From Octopus bimaculoides (taxonomy: Eukaryota), in assembly GCF_001194135.2 (NCBI RefSeq), contig NC_068996.1:14997787-15033333 (forward strand): a stretch of DNA of 35,547 nt, given 5' to 3'. Below, piece by piece: positions 21,131 to 34,929 of the stretch (the stretch's first letter is position 1; each line of letters starts with the position of its first letter). Position numbers and translations under genes: made by a program. The notes beneath the pieces are model-generated. The model saw only the letters and a program-made list of their open reading frames with translations, had not been told where the DNA came from and made no database searches.

Positions 21131-21488
21131 TGTGTGTGTACATATATACATATATAACTCTTTTCGTTGACTGGTTAGTGCAAGGGATTCCCGCCGTGCC
21201 CGCTCATTTCAAACTCATNNNNNNNNNNCCGATGAAAGAAAGAGGTCTGATAGCTATTCTTCCGATCCATGGCGAAAAATTAAGATGCGAAACCATTCGA
21301 TGGTGACTCTTTATAATAATCTGTATAATGCACGTGCGCATGTGTGTGTGTGTGTGTTTGTTTGTGTGTGTATGTGTGTGTGTGTGTGTGTGTATGTGTG
21401 TGTGTGTGTACATATATACATATATAACTCTTTTCGTTGACTGGTTAGTGCAAGGGATTCCCGCCGTGCCCGCTCATTTCAAACTCAT
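21105..21488. other. Direct duplication with a 270-bp offset (21105-21218 repeated at 21375-21488), beside a 10-N gap
   Basis: An identical 80-bp unique segment (CATATATACA...CAAACTCAT) follows a GT microsatellite in both copies. Confidence 0.85.
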
Positions 21489-21629
21489 TTCCCGATCTCC
21501 AGTACTGGTCCTCATGAACTAACAATTTGGACTGAGTTGCCCTTCTTTATGTTCTTGGTCGCGATGTGAATTAACTTGAAATCTTAGAATAATTTTTCTT
21601 TGAATACATCCTCAACTACATCTCATTTT

Positions 21630-22028
21630 TTGAACCCCCATAACCATACGATATCTAAAAACTAGTTTTATAAATTGTTGTGTCTGGGGAGAGTTATTCT
21701 GTTTTAATCCCCCATTAAAACACACTCACCAGTTCGATTTCCACTCATTTACTGGGGGTTTTTTTCTAAAATTTTCGTTGCATGTTTCAAAATTCCTATA
21801 TTGTTTTTTCACCCATTAATTTGTGTAGGTTGAACTATGTAAAATGTTAGAGAAAGAAACCTAACTGTTTCTTGTAATACATGCATACATTTACACCTAA
21901 AACAAACATTTTTTCAGTGGCTCTTAAAATATTATTATGGATCTCAGAATTTACTATTTTGTTGTGTGGATCCCTAAAAATCTTATATGAACACTCAGGG
22001 ACCATATGAACCCGGTTGAGAACCGCTG
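21630..22028. mobile_element. hAT/Charlie-like MITE, one terminus
   Basis: Ends GGTTGAGAACCGCTG (reverse complement of CAGCGGTTCTCAACC) after GGA(T/C)CCC-like subterminal repeats. The left boundary is uncertain. Confidence 0.55.
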
Positions 22029-22624
22029 TTCTGAAAGAAGAGGGTAGGATCGTTGGTTCTATACAGTGGTATCCATTCCGGGCTTTGGTATAACTTTCAA
22101 TTCCATATAATTCTCTGTTACAAGTATTCATTCATTTAAGTGTGTGTCTGTATTTTCTTTAAATTGTCTTAGCCCTTAACGGATAGAGCGGCACCTACTT
22201 ATAAATATGCGCATATACAGACGCATACATATACTATATACACATATCTAGATATGTTTATAATATACGTATAAACTAATATATCGTAACTTTCAGGTTT
22301 CGGTTTTAACGTTTTATTCAACCGTATACACATGTCCAAACACACACACTCATACACGCACGCACACACACACACACACACACACATACACACACAAACA
22401 CACACACACACACAAATACACACAAACACACACACACACGCACACACAAACACACGCACACAAACATTTATACTGATGTACATTGATATGCATTTACGTG
22501 TATACATATTTGAATACACAACGTGGACTTACAATTTGTAAAGGACATGAGGGTACCGCAATGATTTGGTGAACATTTTGCAAAAATGATTTGTTTATAT
22601 TGATCAAAATTTTTGTGGTCTACA

Positions 22625-22822
22625 TTAGCTCACTCCCTCCATCAAATCGACGTTGCCTATAAATGTGCATGGTGTAACACACGTTGGATGTTGAATTGAT
22701 CGCAGAGCAAGGTAAGAAAGAAGTGTTTTGCGCAAAAACACAAAGCACCACCGGGTCTTAAAATCGAAACCACAAGCTTCCGATCTTGACCGCAATACCT
22801 TAACCACTAGGCTGCGAGCTTT
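22625..22822 (-). mobile_element. Degenerate SINE of the B/E head type
   Basis: Minus strand GCAGCCTAGTGGTTAAGGTATTGCGG...GGTTTCGATTTT...GTGTTTTTGCGCAAAACACTT. Confidence 0.65.
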
Positions 22823-23889
22823 TACCTATCTGTCTCCGTATCTTTCTATCTCTGTATCTATCTATCTATAGAGTATGATATACAAAATCTAATTAATACT
22901 AAACTACTAATCTCACCTGATTAGCTGATTAGCAACTACGACTAACAAAAATATGATGATTTTTAAGTAGATCAATAATAGCATAAAAAATATCTTCTTA
23001 CAGAGGACGCCATTAAAATGCCAACAAACCGAAGTTATATTTTTCTTCCAATTATTAACATCCCGATTGTTTTTTTTGTTTTTTTTTTCTCTCATGTTGC
23101 CTGAAGATTAAATAATGAGTATCTCAAAGTAATTTATTTGTTTGTCATAAATCAAAGAAACTTCTCTTTGACGCCGTAATTTCATACAACCATATTTGTT
23201 ATTTTATATATTTTTACATTTTCATGTTTTGCATTTATAAAACGTTCTAGAAGCAATAAAACGAACATATGGTTTTTTTATAGGATTATTTTTAATCTTT
23301 TAATTCCAAAAGTTTTAAATATCGGAAATAGTTGAGTAGAAAAGAAAAAATATATACATAGATTTACTTAAAGCTGAGAATCCTCAAAGTGTCAGTTAAA
23401 AAAGATTTAAATCTTGTATAAATTCTTTGAAATATTTGTCGCCATGTATCTTTTAATCGGAATGTAACAGGATATGCAATCAGTATTAATAATGATTGCA
23501 TTATGGTTCTACAAGCGGATTATAATGTGTTGGATTTCCAGAAATATTACTATTATTATACTCTGGAGAGTTTTTAATGGAGATTAAGTACTGAATGACA
23601 ATGTTAACAGACATTAAAGGATATATATATNNNNNNNNNNNNNNNNNNNNNNNNNNNNNNNNNNNNNNNNNNNNNNNNNNNNNNNNNNNNNNNNNNNNNN
23701 NNNNNNNNNNNNNNNNNNNNNNNNNNNNNNNNNNNNNNNNNNNNNNNNNNNNNNNNNNNNNNNNNNNNNNNNNNNNNNNNNNNNNNNNNNNNNNNNNNNN
23801 NNNNNNNNNNNNNNNNNNNNNNNNNNNNNNNNNNNNNNNNNNNNNNNNNNNNNNNNNNATATATACATATATGATGGACTCTCCCGTCA

Positions 23890-23972
23890 AAGACTACGTA
23901 TGTGAGATCAGCTTTTGCCGAGTGACCTGCACGAATGATTTGTACATAGTGATCAAATGTTCCTGCTGCACA
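23890..23972 (-). mobile_element. SINE family E, 3' fragment
   Basis: CAGCTTTTGCCGAGTGACCTGCACGAATGATTTGTACATAGTGATCAAATG matches 3349-3400. Confidence 0.75.
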
Positions 23973-24399
23973 ATGGAATGTTAGATAACGACCTCGTTGT
24001 GTAACTCTGCGCTTTTCAGAGATGGCAGTTTGTGTGTTTTTTTGTCTATGTTTTGATTAAATTCTTTAGTCAGACATTTTGGAGCATTTATGTAGATATG
24101 GAATGTATCTAAGCGTACAATATTTTTGGGGTTCATATTGGGGCTGGAAAAAGTTTTACTGGGTTGATGTCCACCATGTTAAGGCGTATGTATGTCTGTG
24201 AGTGCGTTTCTATATGTTATAATTAAACACTTTGCCGGATTCTCACGTACTAGTGGTGCGAGGGCCGAGATTTGAGGGCTGGTGGTTATAGTTACGATGA
24301 GGCACGTAGGTATGACAAGATGTACTTCCTTTCATGTGGGCAAGATTAAAATTTTCACTTTTGCTGAGCAGATAGATGCCTAGGTGCTGAGAGTTCTTT

Positions 24400-24760
24400 A
24401 ATATGGCTCATTTTTCAACCAGGCATAATCTTCCCACCTGTGAGATAGGTTGCTCATGTAGGGGTAACACAACGTGCCCACTGAACAGCCACTGTAATAA
24501 GAAACAAACATTAAACCAAATGGTTGATCAAACGTACGAATGTATATGGGAGCAACTGAAGGCCCCTTCAGACTCGATATGATAATCACCAGTCCTTCTT
24601 CAACGTCCCGGTGAGACGAGACGCCACAACCCTGGCCAAGCACGTATGATCCTTGAAACAAAAATGCTATGGAATACAGCATAAAGTTCAGGATATTAGA
24701 GAAATGTAAAGCCTACTTCAGTAGCAGCAGGAAGTGCAGGTTATGGTATATTTCATTCCA
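24400..24760 (+). mobile_element. Penelope-like element, Cys-rich linker and GIY-YIG endonuclease remnant
   Basis: Frameshifted peptides NMAHFSTRHN, GCSCRGNTTCPLNSHC, YMGATEGPFR, RYDNHQSFF, ATTLAKHV*SLK, YSIKFRILEKCKAY, KCRL. Confidence 0.8.
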
Positions 24761-25222
24761 TAGCTACCATCCCTGAAGAGCACAATGTTACATAATGGGA
24801 TTTTTATCTAACATTCTGTTGAATCCCTAGTGCGAAGCTGATTGGTAAGACTGGTCTTTATTCATAAATATAGGAGTGCATATTTTTTTCTTGTGGATTC
24901 TTAGCTATATATATATGCACACGTAAGCACATAATCATGCACACACACATTATATACTTGCACACATTCACGAGAGAGCAGACGGAAAATCGTAGCAATA
25001 TTTTGATTGCGTGTGGCACATCTGTACCCCACCAGATTTTCGAAGATAGTGAGAAGAAAATTTTCTTTAAAAATACCCATTAAATTGGATTGAAGGAGAA
25101 ACCCCAAAAAGTACGCTCGCCTAGGAGCTATTGTAAATTTCCTATAAAAATTTCTCCACTCCCTCTCCAAGCATCCGATGATGTGGACTTGATCTACGAA
25201 TGCTTAAGTAATGTGGAGCTGC

Positions 25223-25254
<32 letters not shown>

Positions 25255-26514
25255 NNNNNNNNNNNNNNNNNNNNNNNNNNNNNNNNNNNNNNNNNNNNNN
25301 NNNNNNNNNNNNNNNNNNNNNNNNNNNNNNNNNNNNNNNNNNNNNNNNNNNNNNNNNNNNNNNNNNNNNNNNNNNNNNNNNNNNNNNNNNNNNNNNNNNN
25401 NNNNNNNNNNNNNNNNNNNNNNNNNNNNNNNNNNNNNNNNNNNNNNNNNNNNNNNNNNNNNNNNNNNNNNNNNNNNNNNNNNNNNNNNNNNNNNNNNNNN
25501 NNNNNNNNNNNNNNNNNNNNNNNNNNNNNNNNNNNNNNNNNNNNNNNNNNNNNNNNNNNNNNNNNNNNNNNNNNNNNNNNNNNNNNNNNNNNNNNNNNNN
25601 NNNNNNNNNNNNNNNNNNNNNNNNNNNNNNNNNNNNNNNNNNNNNNNNNNNNNNNNNNNNNNNNNNNNNNNNNNNNNNNNNNNNNNNNNNNNNNNNNNNN
25701 NNNNNNNNNNNNNNNNNNNNNNNNNNNNNNNNNNNNNNNNNNNNNNNNNNNNNNNNNNNNNNNNNNNNNNNNNNNNNNNNNNNNNNNNNNNNNNNNNNNN
25801 NNNNNNNNNNNNNNNNNNNNNNNNNNNNNNNNNNNNNNNNNNNNNNNNNNNNNNNNNNNNNNNNNNNNNNNNNNNNNNNNNNNNNNNNNNNNNNNNNNNN
25901 NNNNNNNNNNNNNNNNNNNNNNNNNNNNNNNNNNNNNNNNNNNNNNNNNNNNNNNNNNNNNNNNNNNNNNNNNNNNNNNNNNNNNNNNNNNNNNNNNNNN
26001 NNNNNNNNNNNNNNNNNNNNNNNNNTATATATATATAATTTTATGACGGATTCAGATATACATCTACTCCAGAGGATAGTGATGCTAAGAAGTATTGAGT
26101 TTCCTTCGATTATCAGTATCCATGTTTAGTACTCTACATGGAAATGTGTGTATGTGTGCCTCGGTGTGTGTGTTTATGTCACTTCGCCTATTTGCGATGC
26201 ATATTTTCGTTTTCGTTTTGTTTTTTTGTTTTTTTTACATATATGATTGTCAGGAAAGCATCTAAATGTTCTCTTTCCATTGTTGTCATTGAGCGTTTGT
26301 AAGAATAAGTCTATATACACCACATCATTGTGTATACATGGCTTCGTATATTTTTAATGCACTGTATTGTGTGTGGCACTGAGCTGGCAATTCGCTCCGG
26401 GTTAATGTGCAAATTAAAGCGCGCCTTCTCTTTTATCCACTGCTTCATAGGCCTGCCAGTGGTACATCCGTAAGGACGCTACATCAACAAGAACAATATC
26501 AACAAGAACAATAT

Positions 26515-26572
<58 letters not shown>

Positions 26573-26667
26573 AACTACTACTACTACTACTACTACTACT
26601 GCTGCTACTACTACCACCACCACCACCACCACCACCACCACCACCACTACTACTACTACTACTACTN
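26515..26667. repeat. Compound (TAC)n/(CAC)n trinucleotide array running into a gap
   Basis: Direct reading. Confidence 0.97.
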
Positions 26668-27475
26668 NNNNNNNNNNNNNNNNNNNNNNNNNNNNNNNNN
26701 NNNNNNNNNNNNNNNNNNNNNNNNNNNNNNNNNNNNNNNNNNNNNNNNNNNNNNNNNNNNNNNNNNNNNNNNNNNNNNNNNNNNNNNNNNNNNNNNNNNN
26801 NNNNNNNNNNNNNNNNNNNNNNNNNNNNNNNNNNNNNNNNNNNNNNNNNNNNNNNNNNNNNNNNNNNNNNNNNNNNNNNNNNNNNNNNNNNNNNNNNNNN
26901 NNNNNNNNNNNNNNNNNNNNNNNNNNNNNNNNNNNNNNNNNNNNNNNNNNNNNNNNNNNNNNNNNNNNNNNNNNNNNNNNNNNNNNNNNNNNNNNNNNNN
27001 NNNNNNNNNNNNNNNNNNNNNNNNNNNNNNNNNNNNNNNNNNNNNNNNNNNNNNNNNNNNNNNNNNNNNNNNNNNNNNNNNNNNNNNNNNNNNNNNNNNN
27101 NNNNNNNNNNNNNNNNNNNNNNNNNNNNNNNNNNNNNNNNNNNNNNNNNNNNNNNNNNNNNNNNNNNNNNNNNNNNNNNNNNNNNNNNNNNNNNNNNNNN
27201 NNNNNNNNNNNNNNNNNNNNNNNNNNNNNNNNNNNNNNNNNNNNNNNNNNNNNNNNNNNNNNNNNNNNNNNNNNNNNNNNNNNNNNNNNNNNNNNNNNNN
27301 NNNNNNNNNNNNNNNNNNNNNNNNNNNNNNNNNNNNNNNNNNNNNNNNNNNNNNNNNNNNNNNNNNNNNNNNNNNNNNNNNNNNNNNNNNNNNAGAAAGA
27401 ACGACAATATTTCAACAGATGTTTTTCATATTTCTGCTGTTGGAAATATATACATACCAAAATAACAACAACAGC

Positions 27476-27545
<70 letters not shown>

Positions 27546-27662
27546 GAAGTGTGAGAGTGAAGGAGTGAATAAAAAAAAATATAATGGAAAGAAGGCAATA
27601 ATGATGAGTGTCCCCACACATAGAAACACATACACATACAACACACACAAACACACACACAT

Positions 27663-27702
<40 letters not shown>

Positions 27703-28010
27703 GCACACAAACATATGTATGTGTTTGTGCATGTGTGTGTGGTACAGGGAGAGGGGATGAGAAAAATAGATTGATAATAAGACACAAAGATGTATATATG
27801 TGCGTGTGTGTATATAAATACACACGTACACACGCATGCAAACACATATATGTATGTATATGTACCTGCATACACTTATGTATATACATACGCATATGTA
27901 TGTGTGAGATTACAGATATGTATACAATTGTATGTATGTATGTGTGTGTATGTATGTATGTACATGTATGTATGTATGTATGTATGTATGTATGTATATG
28001 CGTGTATGAG
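27476..28010. repeat. Microsatellite cluster: (TAA)n, (CA)n, (TA)n, (ATGT)n
   Basis: Direct reading. Confidence 0.9.
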
Positions 28011-29072
28011 AGAGAGATATGAATGCATAGTTGAAGAGAAATGAAGAGAAAGATACGGGCTAGAAGCAAAATTGCTATTGTTTGGTGTATAAATACAATT
28101 GTTTATTTTGAAGCAATTTGTTAATCTTTTTTGATGTGAACTACACCGGAGACTCAGAGCTTAAAAAGTACATTAAGATGGCGTATGACAGCTTTTCGTT
28201 TAAATCGGTGAGTTTATGTGGCGGGTATTCAAATTTCGATTGTGAAAACTCGTTATAGGGTGAGTGAAGCAGAAGAACGATCATTTTACGTGCGAAAGTT
28301 ATATATATATATACATATATATNNNNNNNNNNNNNNNNNNNNNNNNNNNNNNNNNNNNNNNNNNNNNNNNNNNNNNNNNNNNNNNNNNNNNNNNNNNNNN
28401 NNNNNNNNNNNNNNNNNNNNNNNNNNNNNNNNNNNNNNNNNNNNNNNNNNNNNNNNNNNNNNNNNNNNNNNNNNNNNNNNNNNNNNNNNNNNNNNNNNNN
28501 NNNNNNNNNNNNNNNNNNNNNNNNNNNNNNNNNNNNNNNNNNNNNNNNNNNNNNNNNNNNNNNNNNNNNNNNNNNNNNNNNNNNNNNNNNNNNNNNNNNN
28601 NNNNNNNNNNNNNNNNNNNNNNNNNNNNNNNNNNNNNNNNNNNNNNNNNNNNNNNNNNNNNNNNNNNNNNNNNNNNNNNNNNNNNNNNNNNNNNNNNNNN
28701 NNNNNNNNNNNNNNNNNNNNNNNNNNNNNNNNNNNNNNNNNNNNNNNNNNNNNNNNNNNNNNNNNNNNNNNNNNNNNNNNNNNNNNNNNNNNNNNNNNNN
28801 NNNNNNNNNNNNNNNNNNNNNNNNNNNNNNNNNNNNNNNNNNNNNNNNNNNNNNNNNNNNNNNNNNNNNNNNNNNNNNNNNNNNNNNNNNNNNNNNNNNN
28901 NNNNNNNNNNNNNNNNNNNNNNNNNNNNNNNNNNNNNNNNNNNNNNNNNNNNNNNNNNNNNNNNNNNNNNNNNNNNNNNNNNNNNNNNNNNNNNNNNNNN
29001 NNNNNNNNNNNNNNNNNNNNNNNNNNNNNNNNNNNNNNNNNNNNNNNNNNNNNNNNNNNNNNNNNNNNNNNN

Positions 29073-29124
<52 letters not shown>

Positions 29125-29154
29125 TATATGTGTGCGTATGTATATGTATACATC

Positions 29155-29250
29155 CTTTTATCGTGGTTTCAGTTATTTTACTGCGGTCAAGCTGGGGCAC
29201 TGCTCTGAAGAACTTTTAGTCCAATGGATCAACCCTAGTACGTATTCTTC
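29155..29250 (-). mobile_element. SINE family A, 3' end fragment
   Basis: Plus strand GTTTCAGTTATTTTACTGCGGTCAAGCTGGGGCACTGCTCTGAAG...ATCAACCCTAGTAC. Confidence 0.65.
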
Positions 29251-29254
29251 TTAA

Positions 29255-29905
29255 CCATATCTTAGCAACTGCCTAAACAATTTCGTTTAATTCAGTGAGA
29301 TCTGGTTTTAGTTCTTGTATAATTTCTTTTGTTACATAGTTTCCTATTTTAATTTTTTCTATTCTGGACTGTATTTGAGAGTTTATGAAGTGTTTCTCTA
29401 TCATGCATATCTGGCTTGCAACTGCAAGCTTATTCAGATTTATCTGCTTCGGTTCTCTCATAGACTCGTTCTTCAGAAAATGTGTAGTCTTCAAATATTG
29501 TTTCTTTACCACTTTCCTCGCTATCTTTATTAAGTTCATTACAATTTATTTCTTCAGACGTTTGCGTGTTCTGATCATATGGTAGTATTTCAATTGAGAC
29601 TGGTTTAGAGTTGCTCTCTTTGTCTGGTTCTTCATTTCCTTTCTTTCATATATATAGGTCATTTTCTGATGCGTGCTTGACCGCGGTTATTTCATTATCT
29701 ATGACTTTTATTTCTGACGGTATGCCTCCTAACATTTGCTAACTTGTTTTCATCCAAATATAGCCTGCTGTCTTGATTTCGAGTTCTCTATATTTGATAA
29801 GAATGTAGTGTGTTTCTCCTCAGATGGCTTGCCTAATGCATAGTAATAGGCGTATATTACTTATGTATACTCTTCTCGGGTCCAATTGCTCCTCTTACAT
29901 TTTTC
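29255..29905 (-). mobile_element. R4/Dong-type RLE non-LTR element, N-terminal ORF remnant
   Basis: Minus-strand peptides KRSNWTREEY, VIYAYYYALGKPSE, RNQDSRLYLDENKLANVRR, KPDLTELNEIV. Confidence 0.7.
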
Positions 29906-29940
29906 TTATTACACACACACACACACACTTACACACACAC

Positions 29941-30026
<86 letters not shown>

Positions 30027-30630
30027 ATATATATTGATATTTACAACGTTGAATTTTTGAATTTTTTCCAAGTTTTTTGAATTTTCCTTTTCTTTTTATG
30101 GGTTCTGCTGTGGCTTACAGTTTCGTAATTGTGAAGTTTGTATATATTGGCAGGTGCTTATCTCCTTATTTTTAATCGTGTGTTTAATAGTGTTGTTGCA
30201 GTATAAGATATGTTTAAATATTCGAGTAAGGGAGAAAAGAAAGTTAAGATTTTCATAGAAAATTGAAGATATTAAAGTTTAAAATTCTTCTAACAGTGAT
30301 CGTTTGTATGTCGGAACAGAGAAACCTGCAGTGTTTTTGCAATAAAAAAGATGTCTACATTTTCGAATACTCAGAGAAAAAGGACAGGATAGATATTCAC
30401 AGAAGTTGTAGATATTCAAGTTTTAAAGTTTATACAGATGATCGTATGCGTGTTCGTTCAGAAATATTTGTAGATATGAAAGTTTTAAAAATTATTTTGC
30501 GGGAAATTTTAAATAGTCACAGAAAATTGTAGATGTTCCAGCTTTTGAGAGTTATTTTTCACTTGTTCTGCTGGGTTGTATTAATGTATCTGTCTTTGGT
30601 TGCTGACTGGTTAGCTTTATGATTCTTATT

Positions 30631-30642
30631 CTTCTTCTTCTT

Positions 30643-30741
<99 letters not shown>

Positions 30742-30787
30742 ATTATTATTATTATTATTATTATTATTATCATTATTATTATTATTA

Positions 30788-30855
<68 letters not shown>

Positions 30856-30857
30856 TT
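30631..30857. repeat. (CTT)n followed by a long (ATT)n array
   Basis: Direct reading. Confidence 0.98.
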
Positions 30858-30919
30858 ATGTTTGACTTTTGTTTTGCATTTGTACAAGGTGGATCCAAGT
30901 CTCACCCAAAGACCTCAAG
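30858..30919 (-). mobile_element. Probable R4/Dong-type 3' UTR end, leading into a (TAA)n tail
   Basis: Minus strand CTTGAGGTCTTTGGGTGAGACTTGGATCCACCTTGTACAAATGCAAAACAAAAGTCAAACATAAAA(TAA)n; a gap lies upstream. Confidence 0.5.
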
Positions 30920-31082
30920 NNNNNNNNNNNNNNNNNNNNNNNNNNNNNNNNNNNNNNNNNNNGTGTTATGCCTAGGGTACCATATATTTGGATTTGTACA
31001 GTTTTGTTCAAGTGAATGTTTAAGAAACCATAAGAAAATTATGTGTTTGCTTTAAAATTTGGGATCACATAGACAGTATTAA

Positions 31083-31660
<578 letters not shown>

Positions 31661-31711
31661 TTAATAATGGTTTCTAATTTAAGCACAAAACCAGACACTA
31701 TGATGAGATAT

Positions 31712-31810
31712 GCTTAGTCGATTACAGCAATTACCCTCGTTGACTGATGTTTAATTTTAACGATCCCAAAAGGTGCATCACAAGGTTTATTTCGTTGAGT
31801 TTGAACTGAA
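31712..31810 (-). mobile_element. Highly degenerate SINE family C remnant
   Basis: TTAGTCGATTACAG...CGATCCCAAAAGG...TTTGAACT resembles 10965-11065. Confidence 0.4.
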
Positions 31811-31984
31811 AAATTTAGAGAGACATACAACCAGATATTATTTTTCCAATGTTCTCATGAATCTGCCAAGCCACCACTCACATAGTAACATTTGAAATGC
31901 TGGCAATAGAGATTGTCACAGCAAGTTCAAGTAATTGGTACCATTTATAGTACCGCCCCCTCCCTCTCATAAAATAATAATAAA

Positions 31985-33433
31985 AAGAACGAATGGTCCA
32001 ATTAATCATTATGATGATAATCCACACTATTCAGTAATTCCTTGTAAACTTGCACGATGTTCCTCCGTAATATGTAGACTCTCAGTTCCCCGGTAGGTGC
32101 TGTTGTGGTAGTAAATTGATCTACTTAATTTAAATGTTGCCTCATCATTCCTAACAATCTTTGTTGGAAAATGTTATCTTCCACACATTTCGTCAAGTAC
32201 TACTCAAAGCTCAATATTTCGCTCTGGACCATTTTCATTGAGAGCTTGGATTGTTGTTAGAATATAACTTTCCAGTGACAGTGCCTCAAATGCAGTAGAC
32301 ACTTGAGTTTGAACTTCCTATCGCGCTGATTTCTAGAAATCTGACATTTCTTGCATCGATTCTTTCTTTGTGAGGCTGGTCGATGTCCGCGCTCTTCCGG
32401 AACCTTTTTTGTGGATGTTCAGAACAGTTCCATCTGCTTCAAACTTACCTCTATTTCGAGGTATTCTGAGTTACATAAGTGGATATTTAAAACTCCCTCC
32501 TAAACTGCATTTGCCCTTCGACTGGATTTTCAAACCTTCACTAGCATTTTAGGATAAATGTCCTTTGATCAAAGTTTAGTCTAGCTTGCTTCACTGTTTC
32601 TTTTAGGTTTAATCTAAAAAGAAATGAAAATTCTAGAAAGAAACATGCTTTCTACTCAACCGTTTCAGTAAAAATATTTTTTACTCAACAAGCCATGAAT
32701 TTGTTTTGTACTCGAAGATACCCATTAGATATAGAAGACACTGACTTGTGTAATTAAATTCGCAAATAACAAAGGAAGATGTCTACTAACTATTTTATAC
32801 TAAACAAAATTCATTTACGCAACAGAAAGAATCGTCTAATTTTGGAATATTTATACATATAAAATATAGATGTATAGGTATATGGAATATCTATCTATCT
32901 AGGTCGTCCCTCAGGACGCCCCAAGACTGTTCCCACACGCTTTCCCTACTCATCTCGATCTTCCATAATGGTCCTCAGCTCCTGTACCCCTTCCATACCA
33001 GTATCCTCCAGCAAGTTGTCGCTACAGGTCGTCTTCCTCCTTCCTCTCTTGATTCTTCCTTCCGCTGGTGGACAGAGCACTAGGTTGTTAGTAATTTCAT
33101 TGGTGTGTCTGAAGCAGTGTCCAGCTAGCCTTATCTTTCTATGCCGTATGTTCAATGTTACTTTTGGTAGTCCCTGGTATAAGTCGGCGTTTGTTGTATG
33201 ACTCTTCCAGGAGACATTGAGTACCATTCTAAGCATCCTCGTATAATAACCGCCTGTCCAACTGTTTCTTCAATGCTTTAGTGAGCGTCCATGTTTCAGC
33301 CCCGTATAGAAGAACAGACTCCACAGATGCCTATATATGAAATAGTTATCTCTAAAAGTTACATTTCTAGAAATAAATGAAAATCAAGAGTTATTAGCTC
33401 TTAAATTGTATATTCACTTTTTTAGTCACCCTG
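31985..33433 (-). mobile_element. Degraded Tc1/mariner-superfamily transposon (5' half), interrupted by an RTE
   Basis: Terminus CAGGGTGACTAAAAAAGTG with adjacent TA at 33434; peptides FEADGTVLNIHK, SGRARTSTS, QALNENGP, KIVRNDEATFKLS, CGLSS**LIGPF. Confidence 0.75.
32889..33331 (-). mobile_element. RTE-clade LINE 3' end (second lineage) with (AGAT)n tail
   Basis: Peptides ASVESVLLYGAETWTLTK, RMLRMVLNVSW, IRLAGHCFRH, RGRRKTT; tail AGATAGATAGAT; candidate TSD TATATG(G/A)AATA at 32879-32889 and 33334-33344. Confidence 0.92.
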
Positions 33434-33461
33434 TATATACATATATACACATACATGTTTG

Positions 33462-33495
<34 letters not shown>

Positions 33496-34495
33496 TACAC
33501 ACACACGCATACACACACATACGCACAATCATACATACACACAGTCTCGCAGTCACTGTCACACAAACACATATATGTTTACATATATATATATGTATAC
33601 ATATATAAATGTAGACATTCGCTCATAGAACCTCATAAAATTACGCTACAAAAGTAAATAGGATAAAATAAATAAATAATAAAAAAAATATATAAACAGA
33701 ATTAAACCAAAAAGCAAAAAAAAAAAAATAGGGGGAAAAAAAGAAAGAAAAGAACCATTTTATGCTTGAAAGATTGCAAGAAAATATTAGACGACGAAAC
33801 GGAAAGGATTAACACATTTTATAAATGGTAAATGCTGCCAGTAATTTAAGGAGCTAACACCATGTGTTGCGATGATATTGTTGGGCTGTAACAGAAGTGA
33901 AAAACATTGGAATGGTAGCAGCAGCGATAGTACTTAAATTGTCTAAGCAAATAACATTGGCTCCGTTGTTACAGTGTCAGATACATTCGAAAGAAGGAAA
34001 AATATATTAGTGACACTAACTGACAGTGAATTAGAATTATTACGTATAGGATATCTGCGTATGGTTGCTTTTTGCTTCGAAGTGTGACCGTAGAACAATT
34101 TGACACGTCACTGCTAATTCATTGTATTGAATGGTCTGTAGAAATTGACTCGGTTCAACACTGTGCCAAAGTTAATTGGTTATACGATTCGGGTAACTTT
34201 TGAATCTCACTGTTAAATGCCAAAGGTATATAAACATGTCAGAGTCGCCATAGCCGCCTTAAACATACGAAACATATGCTAAAGTTGAGAGAAGAGAGAG
34301 GAAAACTAAAGAACACACAAAAAAATACAAAGAAACAAACAAAACGTATAAAAACAGAAAATAAAAAATCATTGAATGAACTGTCTGTCAATCTAGAGTG
34401 TGTGTGTGTGTGTGTGTTTATTTCTTAATATGGATGCCTATTTTAGCGATTTATATCTATTGGTCGCTTTCTTCTATAGCATTCCGTCTCTCTTT

Positions 34496-34543
<48 letters not shown>

Positions 34544-34929
34544 CACACACACACACATGTAACTATATATGTGTATTATGTGTGAATGTATGTATGTATG
34601 TATATATGTATGCTCTATGGGTGACAAGTTCAAAAAACTATGTCCAGCCACTTAGAATCTAATACACAAAGCTAAGTCTGTGAGTGAATAAAAATATTTG
34701 ACCTGTATACGTGTGAATAGTTTTTATGTATACGTAGTCCAAGACTAGACGATTCTTTTCTGTCATGTAAATGAATTTTGTTTCGTATAAAATAATTAAG
34801 TATCGTCTTCGGTTATGTGCAGACTTCAGTTATTCAAACCAGTATCTTTCATATTTAATGAGTACTGTCGAATACAACAAAGCAAATCAATTGCTTGTTG
34901 AGTAAAAGATATGGGTACTGAAACGACTG

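Noticed and set aside
23985-24399. Possible inverted 5' part of the Penelope element
   Set aside because: Minus-strand translation gave no motif I could match with confidence.
24398-24682. 94-aa minus-strand ORF (MLYSIAFLFQG...)
   Set aside because: Antisense to the Penelope GIY-YIG remnant on the plus strand.
30552-30975. Poly-Ile/Arg/Leu ORFs; likewise poly-Leu/Val at 26407-26667 and poly-Asn at 10841-11242
   Set aside because: Translations of trinucleotide microsatellites.
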